64,000 nucleotides of DNA, taken from assembly GCA_964406795.1 (NCBI GenBank), contig CAYOTA010000001.1, positions 5,383 to 69,382 of the forward strand, in the 5' to 3' direction. The position numbers and the translations under genes were made by a program. Shown in pieces: positions 39,411 to 48,817 of the stretch. Each line of letters starts with the position of its first letter. Positions within the stretch are counted from its first letter, which is position 1. Under the pieces are notes generated by a model, which saw nothing but the letters and a program-made list of their open reading frames with translations, did not search any database and had not been told where the DNA came from. This stretch comes from an uncultured Gammaproteobacteria bacterium (GTDB lineage: Bacteria; Patescibacteriota; Microgenomatia; Levybacterales; GWA1-39-11).

Positions 39411-40955
39411 CTATGGATTAACTTTGTAAATTGAAAGATATCTATCACCATTTCCTTTTTGGTATTTTGCAATAAGTGTAAGCGGCCAATTAATAGGCGC
39501 CGATTCGGAATCGTTAAATACGTAATATACCGGGATTTCTTGAGCCATTACCTTAAGGTCTTCTGGAAGCTCTGAGGGGAGTGGATATATGCCACGTGTT
39601 TGTATGTTGGGATTTTCTCCAAGGTAAATTTCCATAGCGTTTGTAGGTAAGCTGCCGAAAGTTCCTTGTGTTGCAACGTAAATGTTGCTTTTCAAAGATT
39701 CTTTTTTAAAAAATTCAACCATCTCGGATACCCCTCCCCCAGCTGGCCAAGAATTTACATACTGGTTTCGGTCCGCTGCAGGAATTGGCGCATGGGTAAT
39801 CTTAAATATAATAAAGTAATCTGCATATATCATAAAGGATGCGGCAAGTAAGAAAATAATTACCGATATAAATACGTTTTTGAATCTTTGCATAAGAGTA
39901 TAAACGGCATATGTTCCCAAAATAAGAGCAGGAATAGTCATAAAATAGATAAATCTTGGATACAGTGTCTTTCCAAAAATCCCAAGTGCAACAAACGGTG
40001 CCATACTCCACACTAAAAGCAGTACTTTTTCCCGAAGATTTTTCCCAATAAAAAAAGCCAATACTACAAATAGTACAAAGGGAATAGTTACATAAGTTAC
40101 ATACCAGCCGCTAATCGCATTAAAGTTTCCATATAAAAACTCTAGTGGGTGTCTGATCCATTCTGAAAATGGATACACAAACAATCCATTTTTTTCATCA
40201 ATAATATAAAAGAAAGGTGAAAGTCTTAAAATAGAATACATGGAATATGCAACTGTAGCCGCCACGCCAGCATAGAATAACCACTCCAGCAACCTTCTTT
40301 TGAAGTGTGACTGCCTAAAATCAAATAATATAAGAGAGAACGGCAAGAGGTAGATTGCAAAAAAACCGGACGTTTTGGTCAATACTGCGCTACCTATTAC
40401 AACTCCGGTAAGCAGTGCAATATCCAACCGCATGTAGCGGACCAGCAGTACTTCCATGTAGAGAGACCAAACCATAGTACAGGCAACTAAAGCATCGTAC
40501 ATTGCCATGCGATCCATAACTAATGCAAAAGGAAATAGTACAAAGAATAGACCAGCAATATATCCTATTTTCTTTGATTCTAGGAGATGCCCAAAAATCT
40601 GGTTTAAGACACTTCCGGATCTTTTCTTTTTAAATAGCTCAAGTGTTAACATCATGACCCCAAGTAGGGTACCAAATCCAGCAAAAACCGAAACTAGCCG
40701 AGATGCAAATAGTGGGTCACTTACAACTCTCATGATGTTCATGGCAATCCAAATAAAAGAGGGCTGTTTTCCATCCGTTAAAGATATAAATCTCCATGCG
40801 GCATCTTGCCTTGCAATCTGAGCCCAACGTACATAGATTGCCTCATCAGTGAATAGAGGAAGACCCATGATGTTAGTAAGTCTAGTTGCAAAATAGAGGC
40901 CAAAAATAGCTAAACAGATGAGAAGCGTTGCAATACGTACCTTGTTAAAAACCAT
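39411..40955 (-). CDS. GT83/GT39 ArnT-like membrane glycosyltransferase (divergent sixth member).
   Basis: 'LPLFTDEAIYVRWAQIA' DE-loop near the first TM helix. 514 aa, polytopic. More distant from the five tandem paralogs. Confidence 0.55.
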   Translation of the reverse strand: MVFNKVRIATLLICLAIFGLYFATRLTNIMGLPLFTDEAIYVRWAQIARQDAAWRFISLTDGKQPSFIWIAMNIMRVVSDPLFASRLVSVFAGFGTLLGVMMLTLELFKKKRSGSVLNQIFGHLLESKKIGYIAGLFFVLFPFALVMDRMAMYDALVACTMVWSLYMEVLLVRYMRLDIALLTGVVIGSAVLTKTSGFFAIYLLPFSLILFDFRQSHFKRRLLEWLFYAGVAATVAYSMYSILRLSPFFYIIDEKNGLFVYPFSEWIRHPLEFLYGNFNAISGWYVTYVTIPFVLFVVLAFFIGKNLREKVLLLVWSMAPFVALGIFGKTLYPRFIYFMTIPALILGTYAVYTLMQRFKNVFISVIIFLLAASFMIYADYFIIFKITHAPIPAADRNQYVNSWPAGGGVSEMVEFFKKESLKSNIYVATQGTFGSLPTNAMEIYLGENPNIQTRGIYPLPSELPEDLKVMAQEIPVYYVFNDSESAPINWPLTLIAKYQKGNGDRYLSIYKVNP

Positions 40956-42037
40956 ATTGTTAAATTATACATGAAAGGCAGTAAAAGCAATAGATAACGT
41001 GGAAAAACCGGCGTAAAAGTTAAAAAAACTAGATAGGAAATTACCCATAATGCAATAAGAATTCTGCCGGAATACTCTATTTTCATTTTTCTGTCTCTCA
41101 TGTACTCAATAATAAAAGCTAAAAAAGCAAAGATACTTCCTATAAAACTTACCGGCCATAAAATAGTCCACTCTAAGACTTTTTGTACTCCACCAAACCA
41201 GGTATACCACTTTCCAAATAAAATCATTGGGTACACTATTCCATATGATGCTTTTACTCCTGTGGAATAAAAATGAATTATCCATTTCTGTACTCCTAAA
41301 AATCCTAAAAACGTGCCACCTTTTATAAAATACATACTATATGAAAAGAGAAAAATAAGCAGCAAAAAAACCATACTAAATAAAAATGTTTTGATCCGTT
41401 TCTTATCAAACAGGTATACCCAAACTGTAATTGGTGCAAAAATGAAAAGTGAACCCAATGGAAATTTGGTTGCCGCAAAACAACCCAGAAATATTCCAAC
41501 CAATATATATTTTTTCAGTAAAGTAAAATAAAGTGTTAGCAATAGAAACAATAAATATGTTGTATCTAAATATGGAGCACGAAGTTGAGATGTAAATAAC
41601 GGATCAAATGAAAAAAGAACAACTGGAATAAACGCCAATAACTTATTTGAAAACAATTTTAGATTCAGCAAGTAGAACACCCCAAGACATAAAATACCAA
41701 TGAGAAGGATCAACACATTTTGATTTCCAAATAGTATTTCACCAAACCCAATAATGTATTTTCCAAGTGGAGGAATTTCAGCATTTAGAAGTGCTGGATT
41801 TCCGCCTGTTATGTAATTCCAACCTGCATATGCATACAGTCCATCATCTCCTATTGAGTTTTGAGAATTAGGAACAACCCATTGGGACTGCTGATATCTT
41901 TGTGTCCAGTAGGCTGAATCAAACGGAGTTGTGTATTCTTTGGAATAGCCTACGATTATAAACAGAAGGTGTACAAAAAAAACGGCAAAAAGTATTGCAA
42001 ATAAAATTAATTTTGCGTTACGCTTAGTGTATCTCAT
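40910..42037 (-). CDS. Polytopic membrane protein (375 aa), putative GT-C-type. Family unassigned.
   Basis: 'DDGLYAYAGWNYITGGNPALLNAEIPPLGKYIIG' extracytoplasmic loop followed by about 9 TM helices. Translationally overlapped with its neighbours. Confidence 0.4.
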   Translation of the reverse strand: MRYTKRNAKLILFAILFAVFFVHLLFIIVGYSKEYTTPFDSAYWTQRYQQSQWVVPNSQNSIGDDGLYAYAGWNYITGGNPALLNAEIPPLGKYIIGFGEILFGNQNVLILLIGILCLGVFYLLNLKLFSNKLLAFIPVVLFSFDPLFTSQLRAPYLDTTYLLFLLLTLYFTLLKKYILVGIFLGCFAATKFPLGSLFIFAPITVWVYLFDKKRIKTFLFSMVFLLLIFLFSYSMYFIKGGTFLGFLGVQKWIIHFYSTGVKASYGIVYPMILFGKWYTWFGGVQKVLEWTILWPVSFIGSIFAFLAFIIEYMRDRKMKIEYSGRILIALWVISYLVFLTFTPVFPRYLLLLLPFMYNLTIWFLTRYVLQRFSSV

Positions 42038-43197
42038 GATTTTATTTTTTTATACCCAGCAAAAAGTACTGTCAAAACAATAGAAATACCTATACTCCAG
42101 AGAAGCATCTGATTTAGGATAGTAGGAATTGGGGGATCAAAATTTCCTGTATACAAAAATGGGGCATATTGAAAAAGGGCAAGAAACGAAAACACAACGG
42201 ATGGTATAAAAATATAGTAACGGGAAGACACAAGAGACGCAAATGGCACAACAAGCATAAAATACCATGGCTGAAAATTAGTTCTTTGCGCCTGAAGGAA
42301 AACTCCTACAACCATAAGTAAAATTGAAACAAGTAAAAAAATCAGTTCTTTGTTTTTTCGTTTACTAAATGGAAACCATAAAAATAAAGGCAGCAAAATA
42401 ATGGTTGCAAATTTAATGCCCGCTGAAATTAAAAGCAATATCCATGATGCATATTTTTTTTGAACGAACAATAAATATACTCCCATAAGTGTGACAGTCA
42501 TCATAACTAAATCTATATGTGCTGAAACAAGCCCTTCAATCAACACAAAAGGGCTAAGTGCAAAAAACGCAATTGCAAAAGCAGGATCAACAAGTTTTGT
42601 TTTTTGAGAAATCTTACCTATGAATATGCAGGAAATCAAATATGAAGCTAAAGCCAAAAGCTTGAACAAAATGATATTTAGTGCAAATATTCCCATTCCC
42701 AAAAACGACAGAGGAATTGTAAGCGCTAACCACACTGGACCATATGGATACGTCCTATGTGTCCAGTGCATAAATCCAAGCATAGGGTCAGATGGAAAAT
42801 CCAAGGCCTTTTTTACGTATGGATTTTCTCCGTACTCAGTTACAATTTTTGCATCAAATATATAGTTAAAAAAGTCATAAGAAAAAGCGTTATAAGAAAA
42901 GACCAGGGTTACACCAGCTAACACAACAAGAGTCCATGTGGTCTTAAGATTTACGGCTTTTTTCTTTATTAAATGCAGAGTAGTAAGATAGAGTACAAAC
43001 ATAAAAACAACAATGCTTACAAATAAATAAGTAGATACAGGTCTATTAAAATACCCAATATATTGAAAAGACCTCTGGATGTTAGTCAAAAATGAAGCAC
43101 GAGTAAGCGTTAACCCTAAGTCAACCTGAGTGAAGGAGTAAAAAAACAAGGATCCCAAAGCCAAAAGCCAGAGAAAAATAAGAACTTTTTTTAACAT
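42034..43197 (-). CDS. DUF2029/GT87-like integral membrane glycosyltransferase-like protein (paralog of 4878..5987).
   Basis: 'YDFFNYIFDAKIVTEYGENPYVKKALDFPSDPML...YPYGPVWLALTIP' parallels 4878..5987. 387 aa. Confidence 0.45.
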   Translation of the reverse strand: MLKKVLIFLWLLALGSLFFYSFTQVDLGLTLTRASFLTNIQRSFQYIGYFNRPVSTYLFVSIVVFMFVLYLTTLHLIKKKAVNLKTTWTLVVLAGVTLVFSYNAFSYDFFNYIFDAKIVTEYGENPYVKKALDFPSDPMLGFMHWTHRTYPYGPVWLALTIPLSFLGMGIFALNIILFKLLALASYLISCIFIGKISQKTKLVDPAFAIAFFALSPFVLIEGLVSAHIDLVMMTVTLMGVYLLFVQKKYASWILLLISAGIKFATIILLPLFLWFPFSKRKNKELIFLLVSILLMVVGVFLQAQRTNFQPWYFMLVVPFASLVSSRYYIFIPSVVFSFLALFQYAPFLYTGNFDPPIPTILNQMLLWSIGISIVLTVLFAGYKKIKS

Positions 43198-43200
43198 GAA

Positions 43201-43968
43201 TTAAGAATATACTTTTTTAATAATATTCCGTCTGATTCTTATTAAATCCAGCAATCCGTCAATCGAATCTTTTATGGGAGAAACGCGCCTTGTCTCAACA
43301 TATAACCAATCCACAGGTACTTCTTTAATCTTATAACCTTCTTTTGTTGCAATATATAAAAGCTCTACGTCAAAACCAGCACTTACTGATGAACGTCCTA
43401 TATTTTTAAAGCCGCCATGGATTTTTTTAATCTTTGAAAAAACAGTTTGCGCAGAATCCTTACTAAATACTTTAAATCCACACTGCGTGTCTTCTATGTC
43501 AGGCAAACCTACTACCATAGTACGCATGAAAATCATCCCGGTTCCCATAATTTTTCTTGTAAAAGGCGCGCCGGTACGGGTTTTTCGCCTGGATCCAATA
43601 ACAATGTCAAACCCCTGCTTACCGGCAGGCATGGCTTTTTGAGTGAATGATAGTAGCTTTTCAATTTCTTCAATTGGTGTTGCCTGATCCATATCAGTAA
43701 ACAAAACATAGTCGCCTGACGCTTTCAACATACCAGTAGTAACTGCCCCAGCCTTTCCTGTGTGGGAGTTTTCAAGTAATTTAAACTTAGTGTTTCCCTT
43801 TGTAAACCGTCTTACAAACTCCAAGCTCCCATCTGTAGACCCGTCATCAACCACTATGACTTCATAGCTATATTTTTGTTTTTCCAAATAATGCTCTACT
43901 TTATCAAGCGTCCCTTTTCGCAGATTGGCCAACTCGTTATATGAAGGAATTACCACGGACAATTTCAT
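43201..43968 (-). CDS. GT2 polyprenol-monophosphate sugar synthase (DPM1/GtrB-like).
   Basis: 'MKLSVVIPSYNELANL...VIVVDDGSTDGS' and 'VLFTDMDQATP'. 255 aa. Confidence 0.8.
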   Translation of the reverse strand: MKLSVVIPSYNELANLRKGTLDKVEHYLEKQKYSYEVIVVDDGSTDGSLEFVRRFTKGNTKFKLLENSHTGKAGAVTTGMLKASGDYVLFTDMDQATPIEEIEKLLSFTQKAMPAGKQGFDIVIGSRRKTRTGAPFTRKIMGTGMIFMRTMVVGLPDIEDTQCGFKVFSKDSAQTVFSKIKKIHGGFKNIGRSSVSAGFDVELLYIATKEGYKIKEVPVDWLYVETRRVSPIKDSIDGLLDLIRIRRNIIKKVYS

Positions 43969-43990
43969 TGTTTTATTATAGCAAAGTTAC

Positions 43991-44929
43991 GTGTCTTCTT
44001 TTACAAGTGGTATAATATACCACATGAAACACCAAGTACTACTTTACTATAAATATGTAGAGATTAAAAATCCTGAGCGTGTACGTGATACACAGAAAAC
44101 ACTGTGTGAAAAACTAAGTCTCAAAGGGCGCATTATTGTGTCATCAGAGGGTATCAATGGAACGCTAGAAGGAACACTGGAGAATACTGAAAAATATATA
44201 GAGAAAATGAACCAGGATTCGCTTCTAAGTGACATAAGATACAAGAAAAGTGAAGGTACCGGCGACGCATTTCCTAAGCTAAAAGTAAAAGTAAGACCAG
44301 AGATTGTAACGGCCCATTTACCAACACTCAACCCAAACAAAACAACAGGTAAATATCTGAGTGCGCAGCAGCTTCATCAATGGTATGAGGAAAAACGTGA
44401 ATTTTACATAGTGGATATGAGGAATGACTATGAATATGCATCAGGCTATTTTGAGAATTTTATACCCTCAGGTCTTCACAATTTTTTTGATATAAAAGAT
44501 GTAATTCCAAAACTTGCTCATCTAAAAAACAAGACTATAGTTACCGTGTGTACGGGTGGCGTAAGATGTGAAAAAGCTTCCGGATTCTTAGTGACAAACG
44601 GATTTAAAGATGTGTATCAGCTAAAAGATGGCATTCAAACCTACATGGAATTATTTCCAAACAAACATTTTAAAGGAAAGTTGTATGTTTTTGATAATAG
44701 ACTAACGGTGGGTTTTAATATTGACTCAAAAGACCATGTGATTGTAGGAAGCTGTAGGGATTGCGGGATTAGCTGCGACACCTATGTGAACTGTGAGTAT
44801 GACATGTGTCACCTCCACTACATTTGCTGCAATAATTGCCTAGACTCAGAAACCGGACTTGCGTTTTGTAAAGCAGAATGTAAAGAAAATTACAAAAAAT
44901 TCCAACTTCTTAAAACTGCTACTGCTTAA
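43991..44929 (+). CDS. trhO: Rhodanese-domain tRNA U34 hydroxylase (UPF0176/YceA family).
   Basis: 'YYKYVEIKNPERVRD...LSLKGRIIVSSEGINGTLEG' N-terminal domain. Rhodanese active-site loop 'VTVCTGGVRCEKASGFL'. C-terminal Cys-rich tail. 312 aa. Confidence 0.75.
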   Translation: MSSFTSGIIYHMKHQVLLYYKYVEIKNPERVRDTQKTLCEKLSLKGRIIVSSEGINGTLEGTLENTEKYIEKMNQDSLLSDIRYKKSEGTGDAFPKLKVKVRPEIVTAHLPTLNPNKTTGKYLSAQQLHQWYEEKREFYIVDMRNDYEYASGYFENFIPSGLHNFFDIKDVIPKLAHLKNKTIVTVCTGGVRCEKASGFLVTNGFKDVYQLKDGIQTYMELFPNKHFKGKLYVFDNRLTVGFNIDSKDHVIVGSCRDCGISCDTYVNCEYDMCHLHYICCNNCLDSETGLAFCKAECKENYKKFQLLKTATA

Positions 44930-46496
44930 TTATTTCGTGAACTTCTTCCATTAAAAATGGTTTATCTAGGGTTATAACACGTTTTTGAACTCTAAATTCT
45001 CCGAATTTTTCTTCCTTAATAACTTTTGAACGCGTATCTTCAAATTCCAAAATGCCTTTTACAAAAAAGTCTGGTATTCCACCACTCGGCTCTAGTATCA
45101 AAAATAAATATTTATCTGAATTTTTAAAATCTGGACTATATTTTATGTTTTCACCAAATCTGCCGTCTTGTGGATACCCCCAATAAAATGGCATATATCC
45201 ATATGTGTTTTTTCCATACGTATCAAATAAAACACTCCATGTTGTGTTTACAAACAAAGGGTTTGTGATGGTGTTAATTCTAAATGGTTTATAATTTGCT
45301 TCTTTATATATCCAGTCCAGAATTTTTGTTTCAGCACTATATATCATATCTTTTTGAACAGAAAACAAAGCCTCCCCTTTTCCTTGATTTTCAGCAAGGA
45401 GGTAAATGTTGCTAGCAACTATTATAGTTATTACTACAAACCATGGGAGCTGATTGGCAGGCTGTGCAAAAACCTTATATATATAGTAGGAAACAAGCAT
45501 ACTAAGCGGCACGGCACACCCAATAAATACAAAGTAAATATTGGTTGACCCTACAAAAAACAAAAATACAGGTGTTATAAACCAAAGTAGTAAGAAAAAT
45601 ATTCGTTTGTCTTTTAAAATAAAGATTAAAAATAAACTAACGAGTATAAACGCGTACATGAAAATATGAGAAAATCCATTACTTGATAGTATATTGTAGT
45701 ACGGCACTAAAAATAATTTTTCAGACGCACGTGATAACATCTCCCCAACCGTCTGCCCCCTGGACTCTGCGTATCCGGTAAAAAATTCCATAATACCTCT
45801 ACTTCCCCTAAAATCAAACTTAATTTCGGCTAGAATAAGTGGTGATGCCACCGCCAAAAAAACAAATGCAGATAGCAGTATGTCTACAATTTTTATTTTT
45901 CTATACACTAGTAAAATAACTAAAAATATAGCTGCCTGGTATAAAAGGAAAATTTGAAATTGAATAGATAGCGCCCAGAAAAATGCAGTAAGTAAAAGCC
46001 CCCATTTATAATTTTCTTTTACATACATCCACAAGAATAGAAATGATAATGCAATGGTTACCATAGCAAGTGAAGGGTTAGACAACCATCTACTGTATGA
46101 AATTACTTCATATGACACGGTTATTAAAAATGCCGAACTTAAAGCAATTTGAGTATTTCCAAAAATCTTTTTTGATAATACATACGTAATGGGAATTATA
46201 AGTAAACTTGCAAGAATTAAAAATAATTTTACGGCAAAAATACTGCCTTCTGAAAAAACGTAAAATGGGGAAATAAGATACCAGTAAAGTGCTCCGTGAT
46301 GAAGTCCGTTAATATCTGAATTAGGTCCCAGGATTTTTAAATCACCCTTCCAAATATCTCCTGCAATTACGACGTCCCGCGCCTGATCATATCCAAAAGT
46401 TATATCAGTAAATGAGTGAGTTCGTAATACAAATCCAAGGATAACCATCCCACAAAGAATCCAGAAGAGCTCTTTATGCAATAATTTCATTTCCAC
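44919..46496 (-). CDS. Polytopic membrane protein, family D (paralog of 8998..10512), putative GT-C-type.
   Basis: 525 aa. Shares the 'YDQARD...GPNSDINGLHHGALYWYLISP' loop and the C-terminal 'YLFLILEPSGG' with 8998... Confidence 0.45.
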   Translation of the reverse strand: MEMKLLHKELFWILCGMVILGFVLRTHSFTDITFGYDQARDVVIAGDIWKGDLKILGPNSDINGLHHGALYWYLISPFYVFSEGSIFAVKLFLILASLLIIPITYVLSKKIFGNTQIALSSAFLITVSYEVISYSRWLSNPSLAMVTIALSFLFLWMYVKENYKWGLLLTAFFWALSIQFQIFLLYQAAIFLVILLVYRKIKIVDILLSAFVFLAVASPLILAEIKFDFRGSRGIMEFFTGYAESRGQTVGEMLSRASEKLFLVPYYNILSSNGFSHIFMYAFILVSLFLIFILKDKRIFFLLLWFITPVFLFFVGSTNIYFVFIGCAVPLSMLVSYYIYKVFAQPANQLPWFVVITIIVASNIYLLAENQGKGEALFSVQKDMIYSAETKILDWIYKEANYKPFRINTITNPLFVNTTWSVLFDTYGKNTYGYMPFYWGYPQDGRFGENIKYSPDFKNSDKYLFLILEPSGGIPDFFVKGILEFEDTRSKVIKEEKFGEFRVQKRVITLDKPFLMEEVHEIIKQ

Positions 46497-46819
46497 TATC
46501 TTATATCTTTTGGTTCTGTTGGTAAAGAAGGTTTACTGGTTTGTTCTAACTCCAGCGCTATGCTATCAGCTCGCTTTCTTCTCAATTCTTCATCCATTAC
46601 TTTAACTGATATTGCTGCAACACTTACAGCAACTCCAGCCTCAGCAACCACTCCAACAAATGCAGCTACCTGAGCTTTACCGTCCTCTGCTTTTGAAATA
46701 CCAGTTGCTACCGTCCCAATTATCGCTATAACAGCAGCTGTCTCAGTAGCTAATCCCAACATTCCATAACGTCGCATTCTTCCGGGATTGTGTTTTGGTT
46801 GTAAGGCGTCTTTTTTCAT
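46496..46819 (-). CDS. Small Ala/Val-rich membrane-hairpin protein (107 aa), hypothetical.
   Basis: 'LGLATETAAVIAIIGTVATGISKAEDGKAQVAAFVGVVAEAGVAVSVAAISV' gives two amphipathic or TM helices. Composition is markedly GC- and Ala-richer than the flanking genes. Last gene of the minus-strand array, 1-nt overlap with 44919... Confidence 0.4.
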   Translation of the reverse strand: MKKDALQPKHNPGRMRRYGMLGLATETAAVIAIIGTVATGISKAEDGKAQVAAFVGVVAEAGVAVSVAAISVKVMDEELRRKRADSIALELEQTSKPSLPTEPKDIR

Positions 46820-46963
46820 GAATTACAGATTATAGCACGTTTTATTAGATTTCTTGTTTAAGAAGATAATTTTTAGTAAAATGGTAGCTCAGGGGAAACC
46901 CTGAAGATTTTGGCCCAATCGTTCCTAAAGATCGAGGGGCAAAAATAGTAGAAAGTTAATTAC

Positions 46964-47035
46964 GGCCCCATCGTCCAGCGGTTAGGACACCAGATTCTCA
47001 TTCTGGTAACCGGGATTCGATTTCCCGTGGGGTCA
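46964..47035 (+). tRNA. tRNA-Glu (anticodon CUC).
   Basis: Manual cloverleaf fold. Acceptor stem GGCCCCA/TGGGGTC with one G-U pair. D-arm GTCC-AGCGGTTA-GGAC. Anticodon stem CCAGA/TCTGG with loop TTCTCAT (U33, CTC, A37). Variable loop TAAC. T-arm CGGGA-TTCGATT-TCCCG. Discriminator A. 72 nt, no encoded CCA. Confidence 0.8.
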
Positions 47036-47210
47036 CATATCTTATAGTATTCCTACCAGACCTGTTGGGTATATTCGATTAGGTTGATAAGGCTTGCTAA
47101 ATTAAATCAAAGTCATTCGAAAATCGTTTCAAGAGCCTGTAATAGTAATATTTACCCCTCAAAAAAGGCTATTAAGCCTACGAGAAAAACACCTGAGTTA
47201 GGATTTGCGG

Positions 47211-48542
47211 TTATTTTTCAATTATTATCTCTCTTTGAGATAGAATGAATTTAGTTTTGATAAAAGATAATACTTCCAGTCGTTCTTCCGCTGTTCCAAT
47301 CTGTAAGATATGGAGGAGATAGTTTTTCATCATTTCATTCTTGTCATTTCCACTTTCCGGAATCCTATTAAATTCAGCTAAGTATCCGTCAATAAATTCC
47401 TGATGAAGTACTTGAGTTTTGAGTCTATGATAGCGTTCTATATCTTCTTGGATTTTCCTTGTGATTCCGGAGGAATTAAATTTAATAACATTTATCTTTG
47501 CGATGAGTTGTTTGATGAGATCTGCTTCCGTAATGTATGGCTCGTCACATTCAAAGTCACGAGATCTTCCACAATGATAGTATATATGTTTTACAATCCT
47601 TCCATTTAAGAGTTTTCTGTATTTCTCCTCAGCTGTAATCCCTCCCCCACATTTTCCGCATCTAAAGATCTTCTTGAATGGAAACAGTTTATTCTTATAC
47701 CCCTTATCTGGTTGTATTTGAAGATGTAGTTGGGCTTTATCAAATAATTCTTTTGTAATGAGTGCTTTATGTTTTCCTTTGTACCAAGTACCACTTCCGA
47801 TTGGAAACTCAAACTCACCATAGTAGAATGGGTTTTTGAGAGTTGCATAGACTTTACTTAAAGCAAGTCTTTTGCCAGTTCTTGATTCAAAACCAATCCT
47901 ATCAAGCCACATCTTTATTGTTCTGCCTGATTGTCCTTGGTTTGCCATTTTGTCAAATATCTGTCTTACAAAGTTTTCTCGTTCAGGGTCGACAACTATT
48001 AACTCCGTTGTTGCGGGATCTCCACTTTGATTTAGATATCCAACTGGAGCAATAGAAGGACGCCAACCCATCAGACACTTTGCTCGCATACCTCTTTGAA
48101 CATTTAAACCTTTATTGTCATTTTCAAGTTTTGCTTGGGAACATAAAATCATCAATAGGAATTTTTCATTTGGATTATTAGAGAAGCTCTGAGAGTAGGT
48201 TTGAATTTTTACTAGCTTTCCCTGATCCATAAGGTCAACTACTGATCCCAAGTCTCCAGCATTTCTTGAAAGTCTGTCCGGTGCCCACGTAAGAATCGCA
48301 TTAAATTTCTTCTGTCTTACTTCTTGGAGAAGTTCCATAAATACAGGACGAGTGCCGGAGGACTTTGCAGAGTGACTTTCTTTTTTGACTTCTTTAATCT
48401 TTAGTTCATCTCGCTTAGCAAGTGTCATCATCTCATCAATCTGAGAATCAATTGACATAGTCTGTCGCTCATCCGATTCGCTTGATTTGCGGGCATAAAG
48501 GCAGTATTCGAGTGATATCTCTGGCTTTGTGTTGTAATCCAT
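47211..48542 (-). mobile_element. Large serine recombinase (resolvase/invertase-type catalytic domain, recombinase domain and zinc ribbon), putative integrase of the adjacent mobile element.
   Basis: Catalytic motif 'CLYARKSSESDERQTMSIDSQ' (Y-R-S...Q of the serine recombinase active site). 'VFMELLQEVRQKKFNAILTWAPDRLSRN'. Cys-rich zinc ribbon 'FRCGKCGG...YYHCGRSRDFEC'. The start was moved from the track ATG (48659) to the internal ATG at 48540-48542 (MDYNTKPEISLEY...); the track's 39-aa leader is Cys/Trp-rich and atypical. The 3' end lies 175 nt from the tRNA-Glu 3' end. Confidence 0.8.
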
Positions 48543-48609
48543 TTCAGGGTAGAAGGTACCGCAGAAAGACCACGAAGTCCAGTAGGAAAATGGCTTAAAT
48601 GCTTTAACT

Positions 48610-48810
48610 TTATACCTGCTTTTTCTCTTTTCTATCCTTCCACCACACAAAACCTGCAACGACTAATAAGACAATACCAAACAAACTATGCGCCAAATGA
48701 TTAACGCCAAGTCCAATTGCCTCGTGATTTAGAGGTAAGGGATATCTGTGATCGAGTAAGAAATAAAGGCCTGCAATAATTAAAATTATAATGGTAAAAT
48801 GCTTCATCAT
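48610..48810 (-). CDS. Small membrane protein (66 aa), hypothetical.
   Basis: 'MMKHFTIIILIIAGLYFLLDHRY...IVLLVVAGFVWW' gives two hydrophobic helices. Located between the recombinase and the HxlR gene. Coding status uncertain. Confidence 0.3.
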   Translation of the reverse strand: MMKHFTIIILIIAGLYFLLDHRYPLPLNHEAIGLGVNHLAHSLFGIVLLVVAGFVWWKDRKEKKQV

Positions 48811-48817
48811 CTCACCT

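Noticed and set aside
46861-46963. Possible second tRNA or small RNA upstream of tRNA-Glu ('ggtagctcaggggaaaccctgaag' forms a TCAGGG-GAAA-CCCTGA GNRA hairpin).
   Set aside because: No cloverleaf can be drawn (no T-arm or acceptor pairing). It is most likely just the tRNA promoter or leader region. It could still be a small structured element, but there is insufficient evidence.
48543-48659. 39-aa Cys/Trp-rich N-terminal extension of the serine recombinase ('MQVLCGGRIEKRKSRYKVKAFKPFSYWTSWSFCGTFYPE').
   Set aside because: Serine recombinases begin a few residues before the catalytic Ser. The extension is atypical and would overlap the putative promoter, so the start at 48542 is preferred, although the longer form cannot be excluded.
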